Assembly: GCF_001194135.2 (NCBI RefSeq)
Contig: NC_068998.1
Location: forward strand, 35,011,703 to 35,075,702
Direction of reading: 5' to 3'
Length of the DNA: 64,000 nt
Origin: Octopus bimaculoides
Lineage: Eukaryota
Position 1 is the first letter of the stretch. The number at the start of each line of letters is the position of its first letter. The notes under the pieces are model-generated. The model searched no databases and was not told the DNA's origin. It saw only the letters and a list, made by a program, of their open reading frames with translations. This document shows, piece after piece, positions 13,136 through 27,222 of the stretch. The position numbers and the translations under genes are program-made.

Positions 13136-13476
13136 GTGCTTAAAATTAAATGCTACTGTACTGAGAAAATTAACTCCTGTGTCATTGCTGTGTCATTTCA
13201 GTGCAACCAAATACAGCAGTAAACATTTTTGAGACATTTGGAGTTGAACAAGCAACATATTGAGGGAATTCTCTTTAAGTTCAGCATCATATATGTTTAC
13301 AGGCACAGGCAATAGCAGCATGGTTGAGAAATTTGTTTCATGACCATGTGGTTTCAGATTCAGTACTGCTGTGTAGCACCTTGAGCAAGTGTCTTTTACT
13401 GTAACCCCAGGCAGCCCAATGCCTTGTAAGAGAATTTGGTAGACAGAAACTCAGTGGAAGCCTATCTGTGTGTTTG

Positions 13477-13513
<37 letters not shown>

Positions 13514-13829
13514 ACATGTGTGTGTGTGTATGTGTGTGTGCACATGAGTGTGTATGAGTATATATATATGTTTATGTCTGTGTTTTTCTCACATCACTCA
13601 ACAGTGTTAGTTCATCAACATCCTCATAACTTAGTGATTTAGTAAAAGAATCTGATAGAATCTGAGGAAAATTTATTTGACAAGACATTGCCTCAGTATG
13701 GCTGCAGTTCATTCAGTGATGTATATTTTTGAGGTATCAATATAGTGGATACATCAGTCTTATGGGCAAAATCATACTGTCTAATTATTTATATTTTGCT
13801 ATTTGAGGTGTTAATAAAGTACAAGATTG

Positions 13830-14060
13830 CAGGCAGTGAGCTGGCAGAATCATCATTAGCATGCCAGGTTAAAAACTTTGCAGCAATTTGTCCATCTTTA
13901 CATTCTGGGTTCAAATTCCACCAAGGTAGAGTTTGCCTTTCATAAAATAAGTACCCATTAAGCACTGAGGTCAATGTAATCGACTTAATCCATCCCACCA
14001 AAATTTGAAACCAATATGGTATAAAGTTGTGCCAAAATTTGAAACCAATATAGTATAAAG
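13830..14060 (+). mobile_element. SINE family C (Nin/Deu-domain-like)
   Basis: gagctggcagaatcatc…gggttcaaattcc…tttgcctttcat…aagtacc…ggtcaatgtaatcgact. Confidence 0.7.
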
Positions 14061-14322
14061 TTTCTGTCTAGTTAACATCTTAAGTATCCATTTATCTGAA
14101 ATTATCAAAATAAAATCAAAGAGTTTCAAGAACTTTGTGGCAGACATTTCAGTGTCTAGCACACTTTTTAAGGTGTTTTCTGTGGAATAAAGTTCAAAGT
14201 AATACTTTACCCATCTTTCCATCTGCTTGCCTTTATTTTTTATGGTCTTCCTACCTGTTAGTTTTGTCCATGGTTAGATTGATGGTCTTTTTTTATCTCC
14301 TCATATGTTCCACAGATATCAC

Positions 14323-14566
14323 CTGCGTTAAATGATGATTGAATACCTTTGCAAAGTTGTAACCAGTAGTGATTTGCAAAACGTCTGGCTGCTGTGCCTC
14401 TACATCTATGGGTTCTGCCAGGAAAGTGTCCTCTAATAACCTGATGAACTCTTCTTCTTTATCTAGATGTTGTATCATAATGACATCAATGTGCTGCTTG
14501 CCAGTGGTTTCATATGGCGCATATTCTTTGGTTGAAATCTGATCTTGTAGCAAGCCAAAGAGTAAT
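14323..14566 (-). CDS. Candidate host coding exon, product unknown
   Basis: 81 open codons of protein-like composition (LLFGLLQDQISTKEYAPYETT…NFAKVFNHHLTQ) in unique DNA, between cacAG and CAG|GTGAT. The acceptor pyrimidine tract is weak. Confidence 0.4.
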
Positions 14567-15581
14567 CTGTGTCACAATTAGCACTCTAGAAGGTGTTGCA
14601 GAAATGCATTCATACTATGATCCCACAATGTCATCGTTATGTGTAACTGTATAAGGAGTGTATAGTTGTGTTTACAGAGACCTATACATACATAGAATAT
14701 ACTGGCCTCTTGAGTTTTATGGTTGTCTATACCCTACACCACTAAGCATATTTAGCATCAAAGAAAAATTGTTGACACAAAAGCCTACAGCAAGTGGTCA
14801 ACTCTTCCCACAAACCATCTGTCTGCCAACTTTTTTCCTGTCTGTCATCCACTGTTCTTTTTTTTATGTAAATTTCCCCCATTTGATACTAAAAGTAAGT
14901 TCTTCCCTAAGGTAAATGAATTTACCATCTCCATGCTGGTTCATTCTGTCAATAGCTTTTCAGTCCAATAATGTTATGTCTAAAAGTTACATATCTCTGA
15001 TGATTTGACAATAAATCTTGATTATGTAATGTACATAAAATAACTAATAGTCATGTTATGATGATAATGAAACATATGTAACATATTGTAACTAAATATC
15101 AACAATTTCTCAAGTTTTGTCTTAATATATATGTGTGTGTGTGAGAGTGTGTGAGTATATCACTCCACCTAACGTACACACTAGGTTACTTATACACATA
15201 CACACACCCAGGTTCACATAATTTTAAGCTCAACCACACAAACATACTCATACACTTGCCCCCATTCAAATATATACACTCACACACACCATTCTCACAT
15301 ACACACATGTGCTTACATACCTTAGTTCACCGGGGTCACTGTTATTATTATTATTATCTCCTTTCCATTCAGCCTCTTTCTTCTGGCCATTTCATCACTT
15401 TGAACTGTTAACCTCTACACATTTAACCTCTTTCTCTCTTTTTTCATTCTCTCTCTGTTTTTCCCCTCCTAATCCTTTCTGTTGAAGAGCATGGGCTCAA
15501 AACATTCTTCCTGAGCATTAAACTTATATACCTGCTTGTTGTTCCTACACCTGTCTTTGTCTTTTGTATTCTGTAAATTTG

Positions 15582-15625
<44 letters not shown>

Positions 15626-16118
15626 NNNNNNNNNNNNNNNNNNNNNNNNNNNNNNNNNNNNNNNNNNNNNNNNNNNNNNNNNNNNNNNNNNNNNNNNNNN
15701 NNNNNNNNNNNNNNNNNNNNNNNNNNNNNNNNNNNNNNNNNNNNNNNNNNNNNNNNNNNNNNNNNNNNNNNNNNNNNNNNNNNNNNNNNNNNNNNNNNNN
15801 NNNNNNNNNNNNNNNNNNNNNNNNNNNNNNNNNNNNNNNNNNNNNNNNNNNNNNNNNNNNNNNNNNNNNNNNNNNNNNNNNNNNNNNNNNNNNNNNNNNN
15901 NNNNNNNNNNNNNNNNNNNNNNNNNNNNNNNNNNNNNNNNNNNNNNNNNNNNNNNNNNNNNNNNNNNNNNNNNNNNNNNNNNNNNNNNNNNNNNNNNNNN
16001 NNNNNNNNNNNNNNNNNNNNNNNNNNNNNNNNNNNNNNNNNNNNNNNNNNNNNNNNNNNNNNNNNNNNNNNNNNNNNNNNNNNNNNNNNNNNNNNNNNNN
16101 NNNNNNNNNNNNNNNNNN

Positions 16119-17150
16119 ATACCAAATTTGGCATGAAGGTTTTTCATTATTCAGGGAAGGTTCTAAGGGGGTAAAATTTTGACCCTTGCCCATATAGAGT
16201 GCTATGGCCCCCCCCTATATGGCCCTTCCGATTTTTGTTTTCAGCAATATAATATTGTTTCACTTTTGATAATACTGTAATATTGTTTCACTTTTATTCT
16301 TTTACTTTTGACATCCGATTTTTTTTTTCAGTGGTATGATATTGTTTCATTTTTATTCTTTCATTTTTGATAAGACTATAATATTGTTTATACTACATAC
16401 ATACAACTGCTTACATTTTTTCCTATGTTCATAATTTTTTGTTTACAATATAATTTTTTTCTATGTTCATAATCTTTTGTTTACAATATTGGAAGATGTG
16501 ACCAAAGAAAAGTTGTAATCTCTCCAGAAACAACTATAAAGCAAGGAGGATTGTAGAAAACTGAAGGCGAGAATCTCAAGAAAGGAAGGAGATAAGACTT
16601 TCACAACATCAGCAAAGTCATGCTGCAGCACATTAGATGAAGTCTTAATACTGAAGGAAGATGAGACTTTCACAACATCACCAAATGCATGCTGCTGCAT
16701 GTCAAATAGAGTCTCAAGACAGAAGTGAGATGACACTTTCCCAAGATCAGCAAATGCATGCTGCAGCACATTAGATGAGACTTTCCCAAAATTTCCAAAT
16801 GAATCTAATGGCATGCACAGCTCAGGCGGTAAGGTAAGATTGCCAGCAATACCAGCTCCTCCTCAACCTCTTATAGATCTTCGGGAAGGCATTTCTATCC
16901 AGGCGAAGGATTTTCTGAACAATATTAGACAATACAACCCTGTGTTTCAAATGACATCATTTGGTGCATCTAAGAAGATTGTTGAACATGGATTTATGCC
17001 AATGTTCAAAGTTCAAGGGCAAGTCTATCACCCGATTGCTTCTCTGTTACCCACAAATGAACAACTACACTTCCTCCAAATTTACTTCATGAATGATCTA
17101 GGACAACAAACCCGAAGTAGGTGTCTAAATTTGAGACAGTTCATGTTAGA
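16119..17150 (+). mobile_element. Helitron 5' portion: STPR-like repeats and start of Rep
   Basis: GGKVRLPAIPAPPQPL…DFLNNIRQYNPVFQMTSFGA…FMPMFKVQGQVYH…FLQIYF is typical Helitron RepHel. It is preceded by 69-bp repeats. Confidence 0.85.
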
Positions 17151-17540
17151 TGCAGCGACGACTGCTGCAAAGGAGAGTATATCCACTGACAGCTTTTCGG
17201 TTCGTTCAAAAATCACATACCCCACCCCCAATTTCCATGACAGGTTAGGGCCTGGAATACTCCAGACAAAGGCCTGACATATTGCTTAGTCGAATTAGGC
17301 CATCAATTACTCCACAAATGTTTTGTCATCAATGCTGCACTTTACCGTATTACCTGTTTCAACATAACTGTAATATATATATATACAAACTATGCCATTT
17401 TAATCCCAAGCAACGCTGGGATATATATATATATATATATANNNNNNNNNNNNNNNNNNNNNNNNNNNNNNNNNNNNNNNNNNNNNNNNNNNNNNNNNNN
17501 NNNNNNNNNNNNNNNNNNNNNNNNTATATATAATTGAAAA

Positions 17541-17576
<36 letters not shown>

Positions 17577-17579
<3 letters not shown>

Positions 17580-20500
17580 TCATCATCATTTAACATCTAT
17601 TGTCTATGCTGGCATGGGTTGGACAATTTGACCAGGGCTATCAAGCTGGAAGGTTGCATCAGGCTCCAGTCTGATTTGGCATGGTTTCTAAGGCTAGAAG
17701 CCCCCCATTTTGAGAGTATAATGGGGGCTTTCATGTGCCACCAGCACAGGTGCTATTTGCATGATACTGGTATCTGCCACGAGTGCGATTTTGTTCAGCT
17801 TGATGAATTTTCTTCTTAAGCGCAACATAATGCCAAAGGTCTTGGTCATTACCTCCGTGAAGTCCAACACTCAAAGGGAGCTCAGCCACTTTGCCTCTGT
17901 GAGGCCCAATACTTGAAAGGTGCTTTTTACATGCCACTGGCATCGGTGCCAGTTACCTGACACTAGCATCAGCCACTACTACGATTTTACTTAGCTTGAT
18001 GGGTCTTCTTAAGCACAGCATATTGCCAAAAGTCACAGTCACTAATCATTACTTCTCTGAGGTCCAGAGTTCAAAGATCATCGCTTACAACCTTGTCCCA
18101 TGTCTTCCTGGGTCTACTTCTACCACAGGTTCCCTCCACATTTAGAGTTCGGCACTTCTTTATGCAGCTATCCTCATCTATATGCCCCACATGACCATGC
18201 CAGCACAGCTGTCTCTCTTGCACACCACATCTGATTAATCTTATGCCTAACTTTTCTCTCAAGATGCTTACACTCTGTTGAACATGCTCACTGACTTTGC
18301 ACATCCAGCGAAGCATACTGGTTTCATTTCTTTCAAGCCTACGCATGTCCTTGGCTGTCACAGCCCATGTTTCACTGCCATGTAGCATAGCTGTTTGCAT
18401 GCGGGCATCATACAGGCTGCCTTTCACTCTGAGGGAAAGACCCTTTGTTGCGAGCAGAGGTAGGAATGTTCTGAACTTTGCCCAGCATAATCTTATTCTC
18501 ATAGCTACGCTCTTGGAGCATCCACCTCCACCACTAACTTGGTTACCTAGATAATGGAAGCTATCTACTACCTCTAGCTTACTCCCATGGCAGTTGATGG
18601 AGTTTATTTTCTGTACATTTTTGGTGTTTATTGTAGCTATGTATTTTCCACATACAAAAGATATTTTCCCTGTTAACCTTCCTCTGATATTGCTGTACCT
18701 TTTATGTGTCCAAAGCTTACAACAGGTGCATCTTATGGAGTTTCTCCCTATGCCTTTTCTATAGATCAAGCAGAGCCATTTACCTGAAGGGATTTGTGAT
18801 TTGTCTGCCTTCCTATTTACTAAAACTTTGGTTTTTGCTAGGTTAACTCTAAGGCCCTTTGATTCTAGACCTTGCTTCCATACCGGGAACTTCTTCTCTA
18901 ATTCTGGTAGTGATTCAGCTATTAGAGCAAGGTCATCTGCATAGAGGAGCTCCCTGGGGCAGCCTGTCTTAAGTTCCTCTATTATTGCCTGGATGACTAT
19001 GATAAACAAGAGAGGACTGAGGACTGATCCTTGGTGAACCCCTACTTGTACCCTGAATTCTTTGCTCTATTCATTGCCAACCTTCACCTTACTTGTAGTG
19101 TCCCTGTACATGGCTTGTACAGCACTTACCAACCACTTGTCTACCCCTAGTTTCTGCATTGACTACATGATGAGGGATCAGGGGACCCTGTCAAAGGCTT
19201 TTCCAAGTCAACAAAAGCCAAGTACAGAGGTTTATCTTTGGCTATGTATTTCTCCTGCAGTTGTCTTTCCCTGGTACAAAACCAAACTGCATCTCATCTA
19301 GACTCTCTCCATAATTAGTTGGGCTATGACTCTCTCCATAATTTGCATCACCTGATCCAACAATTTGATACCTGTATAATTATTTCTATCTAAAGCATCA
19401 CCTCTACCTTTGTAGCAGTTGACTATGGTGCTTCTACACCATTCACTGGGTATGACTCCTTTGTGAACCACCTGATTTACAATACAGATGACTAGACTAT
19501 AACTCATACGGCCAGATATTTTAAGCATCGCGGTGATGATTCCTGATGGGCCAGGGGCTTTCCTTGTCTTCATATCCTTAATTGCTTTATCTACTAAGGT
19601 ACTGTTGATTTGGGTAGCTGGTCCTTCAATTGGGTCAACATTTGGCAGACTCTCCTCTTCTCATTCATTCTCTACATTCAGCTGTCTTTCATAATAGCAT
19701 TTTCAAGCCTCTTTCTTTCCAGAATCATTAAATGCAAGTGCACCATCATCCTTGCAGACACATTTCTCTCCTATGACATCACAATTTTCTCTCACACACT
19801 GTCTAGCAATCCGAAACACTTCAGTTCTTTGGTCCTTATGTTGCTGAACACAGGCAAACTTCTTCTTTTCTGCTTCTCCCTTGGCTACATATACCTGTCT
19901 CCTAGCTTCTCTTCTCAATATCTGATACAGTTCCTTGGTAATCCCACTCTTCCAGGCCTGTTTCTTTGCTCTAATGGCCCTGTCTACAGCATCGTTCAAC
20001 CACTATGTTACTAGGTCTGGATGGGACTGTGCGCCAGCCGCAGATTTGGCCCATGGCACTCAGCAAGCTGTCCCACAAGAATTCCCAGTTGTCCTCTATA
20101 TCACATGCCTGTAGCTCCTCCTCCATCTCATCAAATTTCTCAATTAGGATGTTTCTAAATCTGTGACCATATGAAGGGTCCTTAAGCTTCCAAATCCTTC
20201 TTTTCCAGATTGGTCTGCTTCTTCTAATGACTAGTCTATGCTGGTGGGGTACATTCTTCACCAAGGAGGGTCTTTGTATTTAAGAGCAACTATGCATCGC
20301 ACTGTCTGGTGAGAATGTAATCAATCTGGCTAGCACAGTCTCCTGATTGGTTGGTTATCAGGTGGCTGGCTAGTTTCCTGAAGTTGGTGTTGCAGATGAA
20401 TAGGTTATTTGCATCATAGATCTCCAGTAGCCTTGTTCCCTCTTTGTTTTGGGAACTAATTCCATGGCCCATGTACACCATGGAAGATATCAGGCTGCCG

Positions 20501-20990
20501 TCCAACATACCCATTGAAATCCCCAGCCATGAAGACGAGATCATTGTCACTCGTCTTTGAGGTAGCCTGCAGAAGAATATTGTAAAAGTGGTCCTTCTGT
20601 TCATTTGGTGGGCCTGTTTGTGGTGCATAGGCAGAGATAATTGTCACTATAGTGTTCTGCAAAACTAGCCTGATCTTAAGCACTCTATTGCACACTCTGA
20701 CTACCTCTATGACCTTATCCATCCTTTCTCTGCAAGGAGTATGCCCACACCACCTACTCCATCATGGTTATCTTTCCAGAAGATTTTATGCCTGTGTCTT
20801 GCCTGTCAGAAACCTGGCTGAAGCTCCTCTCTACCTTGGATGCAACAGACGTCAACATCCCTCCGTTCAAGCATGGCAACAATCTCGCACAACCTGCCTT
20901 TTAATGTGTCTACAGTGACTGTGCCAACTCTGAAAACTGGGAAAGGAACATAGGAGGGAACATGGGAAGGAGTGATGGCATTCAGCACCT
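17577..20990 (-). mobile_element. Near-full-length decayed RTE-clade LINE (APE endonuclease and RT)
   Basis: Pieces in order: RVGTVTVDTLKG…DVCCIQ, SAYAPQ…AGDFNG, IDYIL, KAPGPSGI, LLYADDL, GRSRPRKTW. Frameshifted, no ORF1, 3' UTR with (ATG)n tail. Confidence 0.95.
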
Positions 20991-21235
20991 GAAAAGATTT
21001 CAGTGATAGTTTTTGATAACAGATATGTCACATCGGTTGTTCTCATTTTAACCTATTGTCATTCAAACATGTTAAAATTGCTGCCTCTATTGTATGTGTC
21101 TGTATGTATATATATATACACACACACACACACATATATAGGCAAGTAGAGTTAGTGGCTGGAATAACTGTCTAAGGGGTATGAATATCCGTTCTTACTA
21201 CCGGTATCAATTAACTATAATATATATATGAGGAT

Positions 21236-22905
21236 AGCTGTGTGAAAAAGTACCACACCCTAGCAGTTGAGGGAACCTGTGGAAGAGGTAGGCTCAGGAA
21301 GACCTGGGATGAGGTGGTGAGGCATGACCTTCGAACATTGGACCTCACTGAGGCGATGACTTCTGACCGAGACCTTTGGAAATATGCTGTGCGNNNNNNN
21401 NNNGATGAGGTGGTGAGGCATGACCTTCGAACATTGGACCTCACTGAGGCGATGACTTCTGACCGAGACCTTTGGAAATATGCTGTGCGTGAGAGGACCC
21501 GGCAAGCCAAGTGAGACTTAAATCTAAGGCCTCAGCCAGTCCACTTATGCGTACCTTCCTTCATTGGACATCAACCTCCACTTGCGAAGACCTGTTAAGG
21601 CAAGTGAAATCGAAATCGAGTTAAATTGGACACTAAACTCCACTTGCGAAGACCTGTTGAGGCAAGTGAAATCGAAATCGAGTTAAATTGGATACTAAAC
21701 TCCACTTGCGAAGACATGTTGAGGCAAGTGAAATCGAAATCGAGTTAAATTCGACGACTGGCACCCATGCCAACATCGTCTCCTTCATTGGAACACGAAA
21801 CTCAGCTTGCGAAGACTTATTGAGACAAGCGAAATCGAAATTGTGATGGCACCTGTGCCCAGCATCGCCTTTCTGGCAATTGTGCCCNNNNNNNNNNNNN
21901 NNNNNNNNNNNNNNNNNNNNNNNNNNNNNNNNNNNNNNNNNNNNNNNNNNNNNNNNNNNNNNNNNNNNNNNNNNNNNNNNNNNNNNNNNNNNNNNNNNNN
22001 NNNNNNNNNNNNNNNNNNNNNNNNNNNNNNNNNNNNNNNNNNNNNNNNNNNNNNNNNNNNNNNNNNNNNNNNNNNNNNNNNNNNNNNNNNNNNNNNNNNN
22101 NNNNNNNNNNNNNNNNNNNNNNNNNNNNNNNNNNNNNNNNNNNNNNNNNNNNNNNNNNNNNNNNNNNNNNNNNNNNNNNNNNNNNNNNNNNNNNNNNNNN
22201 NNNNNNNNNNNNNNNNNNNNNNNNNNNNNNNNNNNNNNNNNNNNNNNNNNNNNNNNNNNNNNNNNNNNNNNNNNNNNNNNNNNNNNNNNNNNNNNNNNNN
22301 NNNNNNNNNNNNNNNNNNNNNNNNNNNNNNNNNNNNNNNNNNNNNNNNNNNNNNNNNNNNNNNNNNNNNNNNNNNNNNNNNNNNNNNNNNNNNNNNNNNN
22401 NNNNNNNNNNNNNNNNNNNNNNNNNNNNNNNNNNNNNNNNNNNNNNNNNNNNNNNNNNNNNNNNNNNNNNNNNNNNNNNNNNNNNNNNNNNNNNNNNNNN
22501 NNNNNNNNNNNNNNNNNNNNNNNNNNNNNNNNNNNNNNNNNNNNNNNNNNNNNNNNNNNNNNNNNNNNNNNNNNNNNNNNNGGCGTGTGTAAGGACTTTC
22601 GAGCGAGGTCGTTGCCAGTGCCCCTGGACTGGCTTTTGTGCGTGTGGCACATAAAATACACCATTTTGAGTGTGGCCGTTGCCAGTACCACCTGACTGGC
22701 CTTCGTGCGGGTAACATGTAAAAGCACCCGCTACACTCTTTGAGTGGTTGGCGTTAGGAAGGGCATCCAGCTGTAGAAACTCTGCCAAATCAGATTAGAG
22801 CCTGGTGTTGCCATCCAGTTTCACCAGTCCTCAGTCAAATCGTCCAGCCCATGCTAGCATGGAAAGCGGACGTTAAACGATGATGATGATGATGATGATG
22901 ATGAT
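21236..22905 (+). mobile_element. 5'-truncated RTE copy (ORF2 end and 3' UTR, spans a gap)
   Basis: VEGTCGRGRLRKTWDEVVRHDLRTL…RERTRQAK*; 3' UTR resumes after the gap and ends in (GAT)n. Confidence 0.9.
21564..21845 (+). repeat. 62-bp tandem repeat in the RTE 3' UTR
   Basis: Units start at 21564, 21626 and 21688; a diverged fourth copy starts near 21788. Confidence 0.9.
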
Positions 22906-24044
22906 TAAGATTTAGTAAACTATAGTAGGACTCTGAATTTGTAACCATGTTAATAATTAGCAAGTGATTTAGCTTGTAATTGTTTAACTATTTTAGGGCT
23001 TTGTACTTCTGCCCTCTCATATGTCTAATTGGCAGAATGCACTCAGGAACGTGTTGACGTTTACTTGTTCGTCTAGTATAACCACCACTTGGAAATATGC
23101 TGGCTATTTAAGATGTTAGATTTAGCATTATAATTCAAAGGTAAATGCACTAGCAACCACCTCCCCTAACAATGGTCTCCTCTGAACTGTCAGGAAGTTA
23201 CTGCTGTATGGTTGCTAGTATTTATTTTATCTTATTTTGATATGGTATATAAGGACACAAGTGGCTTCGCGCCACTTATGACATCGTCTCCACCCCTACA
23301 CCTTTTATTTACTGGTTTATTTACTTCTTTATTTATGTTTACCCCTGTAACGGTCTTAGCTTGTCCTTGGTTTTAAATGTAACTCACCAATTGTAAAGAT
23401 GGCTGGACTGTGGTCAATTCCATTATGGACAACAGGTGGTTGGTCTCTAGAATATTTCAGTAAGTGCACTACTATAAAAACTTTATGGGTATGTTTTTGG
23501 ATAAATATTAATTGGCTCTATTTACGAAATCACAAGTACTATCCTTTTTCTAGACATATTGACGATTCCTGTTTTACTTTAGCACTAGTTTTATTTTACT
23601 ATTATTTATACATCCTGGTTCCCCTATAAAAAGAGATAAACCTACCAGTTATTTTTCTAGATTATTTGCTAGTTTACTCTTTTGCCCATTGACTTCAAGC
23701 TTCACACTGCAAAATGGTATGATTCTAATATATTGAGCCTTTTGGTCTCATCTCAAGGCCCTGTTCTTTCCTCCCCCTCTTCCCTTCTTTTATTTTATAT
23801 ATTTGTATTCACTCTGATTAAACTCCATGTACTAGATTGGATGTGTTACAAAGATGACGAATATTATTTTCAAAATTGTCTTTGGAGGCACTGACTGACA
23901 TTGGCAGCCTAAACGGCCGTAAGCAATATTAAGTTTTGTATTAAAAAATAATTAACTGATGTTAGTCAATTTGTTTGTTTGTTGATCAAAAGTTTTCTCC
24001 ATTTCCTGCTTATTTTAAATTTATATATATCTATATATATATAC

Positions 24045-24420
24045 GTAAAAAGCACCATTTGAGCGTGGCCAGTGCCAGTGCCACCTGACTGGCACCTGTA
24101 CTGGTGGCATTTAAAAAACTCCATTTGAGCATGACCGATGCCAGTGTTACTTGACTGGCACCCATACCAGTGACACGTAAAAAATACCATTCAAGTATGG
24201 TCAGTGCCAGTGCTGCCTATCTGACTCCTGTGCCAGTGGCACAAAAAAAGCACCCACTACACTCTCAGAGTAGTTGGCATTGGGAAGGGCATCCAGCAGT
24301 AGAAATCTTGCGAGATCAGATAGGAGCCTGGTGCAGCCTCCTGGCTTGCCAGTTCTCAGTCAAACTGTCCAGTCCATGCCAGCACATGGAAAGTGGATGT
24401 TAAACGATGATGATGATGAA
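24045..24420 (+). mobile_element. RTE 3' UTR derivative
   Basis: aaaagcaccatttgagcgtggcc sub-repeats, conserved tail, (GAT)n. Confidence 0.85.
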
Positions 24421-25379
24421 TTGAAAAACTATATATATAGCAGACTTTTGTTTCATGGGTCTTTTCTTTCCAGTTTATTTTGCATACTTTCAACGCAAGT
24501 GACATCGAAATCACGTGTAAACGGCTCCTTTCCTTTAGAAAAAGAAAAGATTTGGCTACTATTTCTCGCATGCTCTGCTACCACATAACAGGTATGTCAG
24601 ATCCTTTATCGGAAATAGTTGTTACATTGAAGCAGAGCATGCTAGAAATAGTATCCAATCTTTGGAGGTGAGATAACGTTGAATGCACTCACAAAAAACT
24701 TAGGGAAAAAACTATTTCACACCGAGGTTATGAAGTTCATGATATGTCATCATCATCGTTTAACGTCCGCTTTCCATGCTAGCATGGGTTGTGTATGTAT
24801 ATATGTATGTATGTATATATGTATGTATATGTGTATGTATGCACGTACATATGTAGATGTGTACATGTGTATGCATGTATATATACATATACGCATGTAT
24901 GTATGTGAGCATTTACATATGTAAGTGTGTAGATGTGTCTGCATGTGTGTATTTGTGTATGTATGTATAAACGTATGTTTATGTACTGAAATGTGTGTCT
25001 CTTCAAGTTGTATATATGATTGTTACTCTGTCAAAGGCAGTATGAATATATGTTTACTGTAAAAATGCAAATCTTATTTTTCCGTTGTCAAATCAGTCTA
25101 GCCAGACTGTTGGGGGTTTTTTCCCTTTCAGGATGAAGTTAAATTCGGAACATTTTCACATTATGCACCGTTTTGGGTATTTATACCCCAAACCCTGAAT
25201 ATCTCAGTAACTACTACTCCAATTTACGTGGAACTTGTTTCATTCCGTTCCTATTAACATTTCAGGGTACACTTAATTCATAGTATTTTCTCATTATGCG
25301 ACAGTTTGCTTGGGTAACATTGCAAGTAAGCAAGCAAGATTGAAACTGACTTTTAATGTATTGTAGATATATCTTTTAC

Positions 25380-25788
25380 CTGTTACTAGTTTTAGCTATT
25401 AGACAATGGCCTGTCTTCAAGGGTTTAGTCAAACAAACTGACCCTAGTACTTTGTTTTTTAAAGCCTTGTATTTATTCTATTATTCCTTTTTGCTGAGCT
25501 ACTAAGTTCCAGGGATGTAAACAAACCAACACTGGTTGTCAAGCAGTGGTGAAGAACAAGCACAAATACAAAGACACACACACACACACAGAGGTACATA
25601 TGATACACACATACACAGGTACCTATGATAGGCTTCTTTCAGTTTCCATCTGCTATATCCACTCACAGGGCTTTGGTCAGCATGGAGCTATAGTGGAAGA
25701 CACTTGCTTAAGATGCCTCACAGTAAAACTGAACCCAGAACCATGTGATTGGGAAACAAACTTCTGAGCACATAGCCATGCCTGCACC

Positions 25789-25790
<2 letters not shown>
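25380..25790 (-). mobile_element. SINE family A
   Basis: Collinear with 7435-7862. Confidence 0.75.
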
Positions 25791-25834
<44 letters not shown>

Positions 25835-27222
25835 TTACATTTTTGAAAAATTATACAATTTTTATTAAGATCAATAAAATTACATGCCTAATTTGTACAC
25901 AACTTCTCTTTAACACACAACAAAAAAATAGCTAAATAAAAACATAAGATCAATATATATTTTATCTCTTTCTATTTATCAATGTTTTTGAAATTCTGAT
26001 TTATCCATTAAAATATTAGTTATTAATGACCCGTAATTTTGTTAGCATAATGATTAGGAAAATGTTAACCAAAGGCAACAGATTTACAAACATGGAGATT
26101 TATGATAAATTTTATAATTAACACTAAAATGGGTGTCTGTTATCAATAAAATTACTCACATAATTTGTGTTTAGAATTTATGTACATAACCATTGCAATA
26201 AGCTTTACCTGTAGGTCTGCTCTTTATGACCACAAGCAAGAAAATCGTGTTGAATTGGATGTTAGGAATGAATAAATTCAGAGTTGGAGACTTGCGTTGA
26301 ATTAAGACTTGTTTCGTTAATCTGATTGTATAGTTGATTATAACATTAGAAAAAAATGGACCAAAATATCCACATTTTTCATGAGAACATATTAATATTG
26401 GCATTTAAAAAATTTTACTAGTTATTCTAGACATAAAAAATGCTTTGGTTTAGTAAGCTACATAGACATATAACCATTATTTTTTAATTTCCTTCCTCAT
26501 ACATCATTGTTGATATTGTCATCGTTGTTATTGTTGTCGTTATCATCGTCATCGTCATCCTAATCATCATCATTATTATTATATTTCGCAAGTGTAGTGT
26601 GTAAATGTTTTACCTCCTCCCTTCAAGATGTTTTATTCAAGCATTACCAAATGATATTTTCCTTGGAATGCTTGTAAAAAGAAATATAATTGTCTCAGCT
26701 GGGGTTTCGTTTGATATCCAAAGGTAAATATAAAAACATATATTTAAAAAAAGGGTTTCATTCAGAAACTTTAAAGATTTTATTTACATACATTACGTTT
26801 TCACTCTCATAGTGGCTACTACACATAATTATGCTACAGTGACTAGAAATATAAAAAAGAAATTCAAAATCACAACACACACCTAAATGTTTGAGAGGAA
26901 GAAGACAAGGATTAGTAAACAGTAAGTAAATAGAAGAAAATATTCAAAATATTTCAATAAGTTATTTCAAAGACAGCAACTGTAATACCAATAAAATAGC
27001 AGTAGCAATTCTTACATGATTTGAAATAAGGTTGTCCATTTAAATAGTAACTGTGTGAAAGCAAAGCAAACCGTCCTTCAATACAAAATGAACAGATGGA
27101 AGGTAAGGTTTTGATCTCTCATGGTTACAAGAAAAGAATAGAAATGGGAGAATTTTGTAAAACTGAATAGCATTTCTTTACAGAAGCTAATCCAGGTGAG
27201 CACAAAGAGAATAATTATATAC

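Noticed and set aside
21308-21489. 86-bp duplication across a 10-N gap
   Set aside because: Identical sequence at both gap edges; assembly artefact.
21564-21845. 62-bp repeats as a CRISPR array or hammerhead (CTGTTGA…GAAA)
   Set aside because: No unique spacers and a eukaryotic context; the core is mismatched, and stem II and the NUH triplet do not form.
23390-23460. Overlapping exon candidates on both strands
   Set aside because: Equally plausible on + and -, which shows the chance level for splice motifs here.
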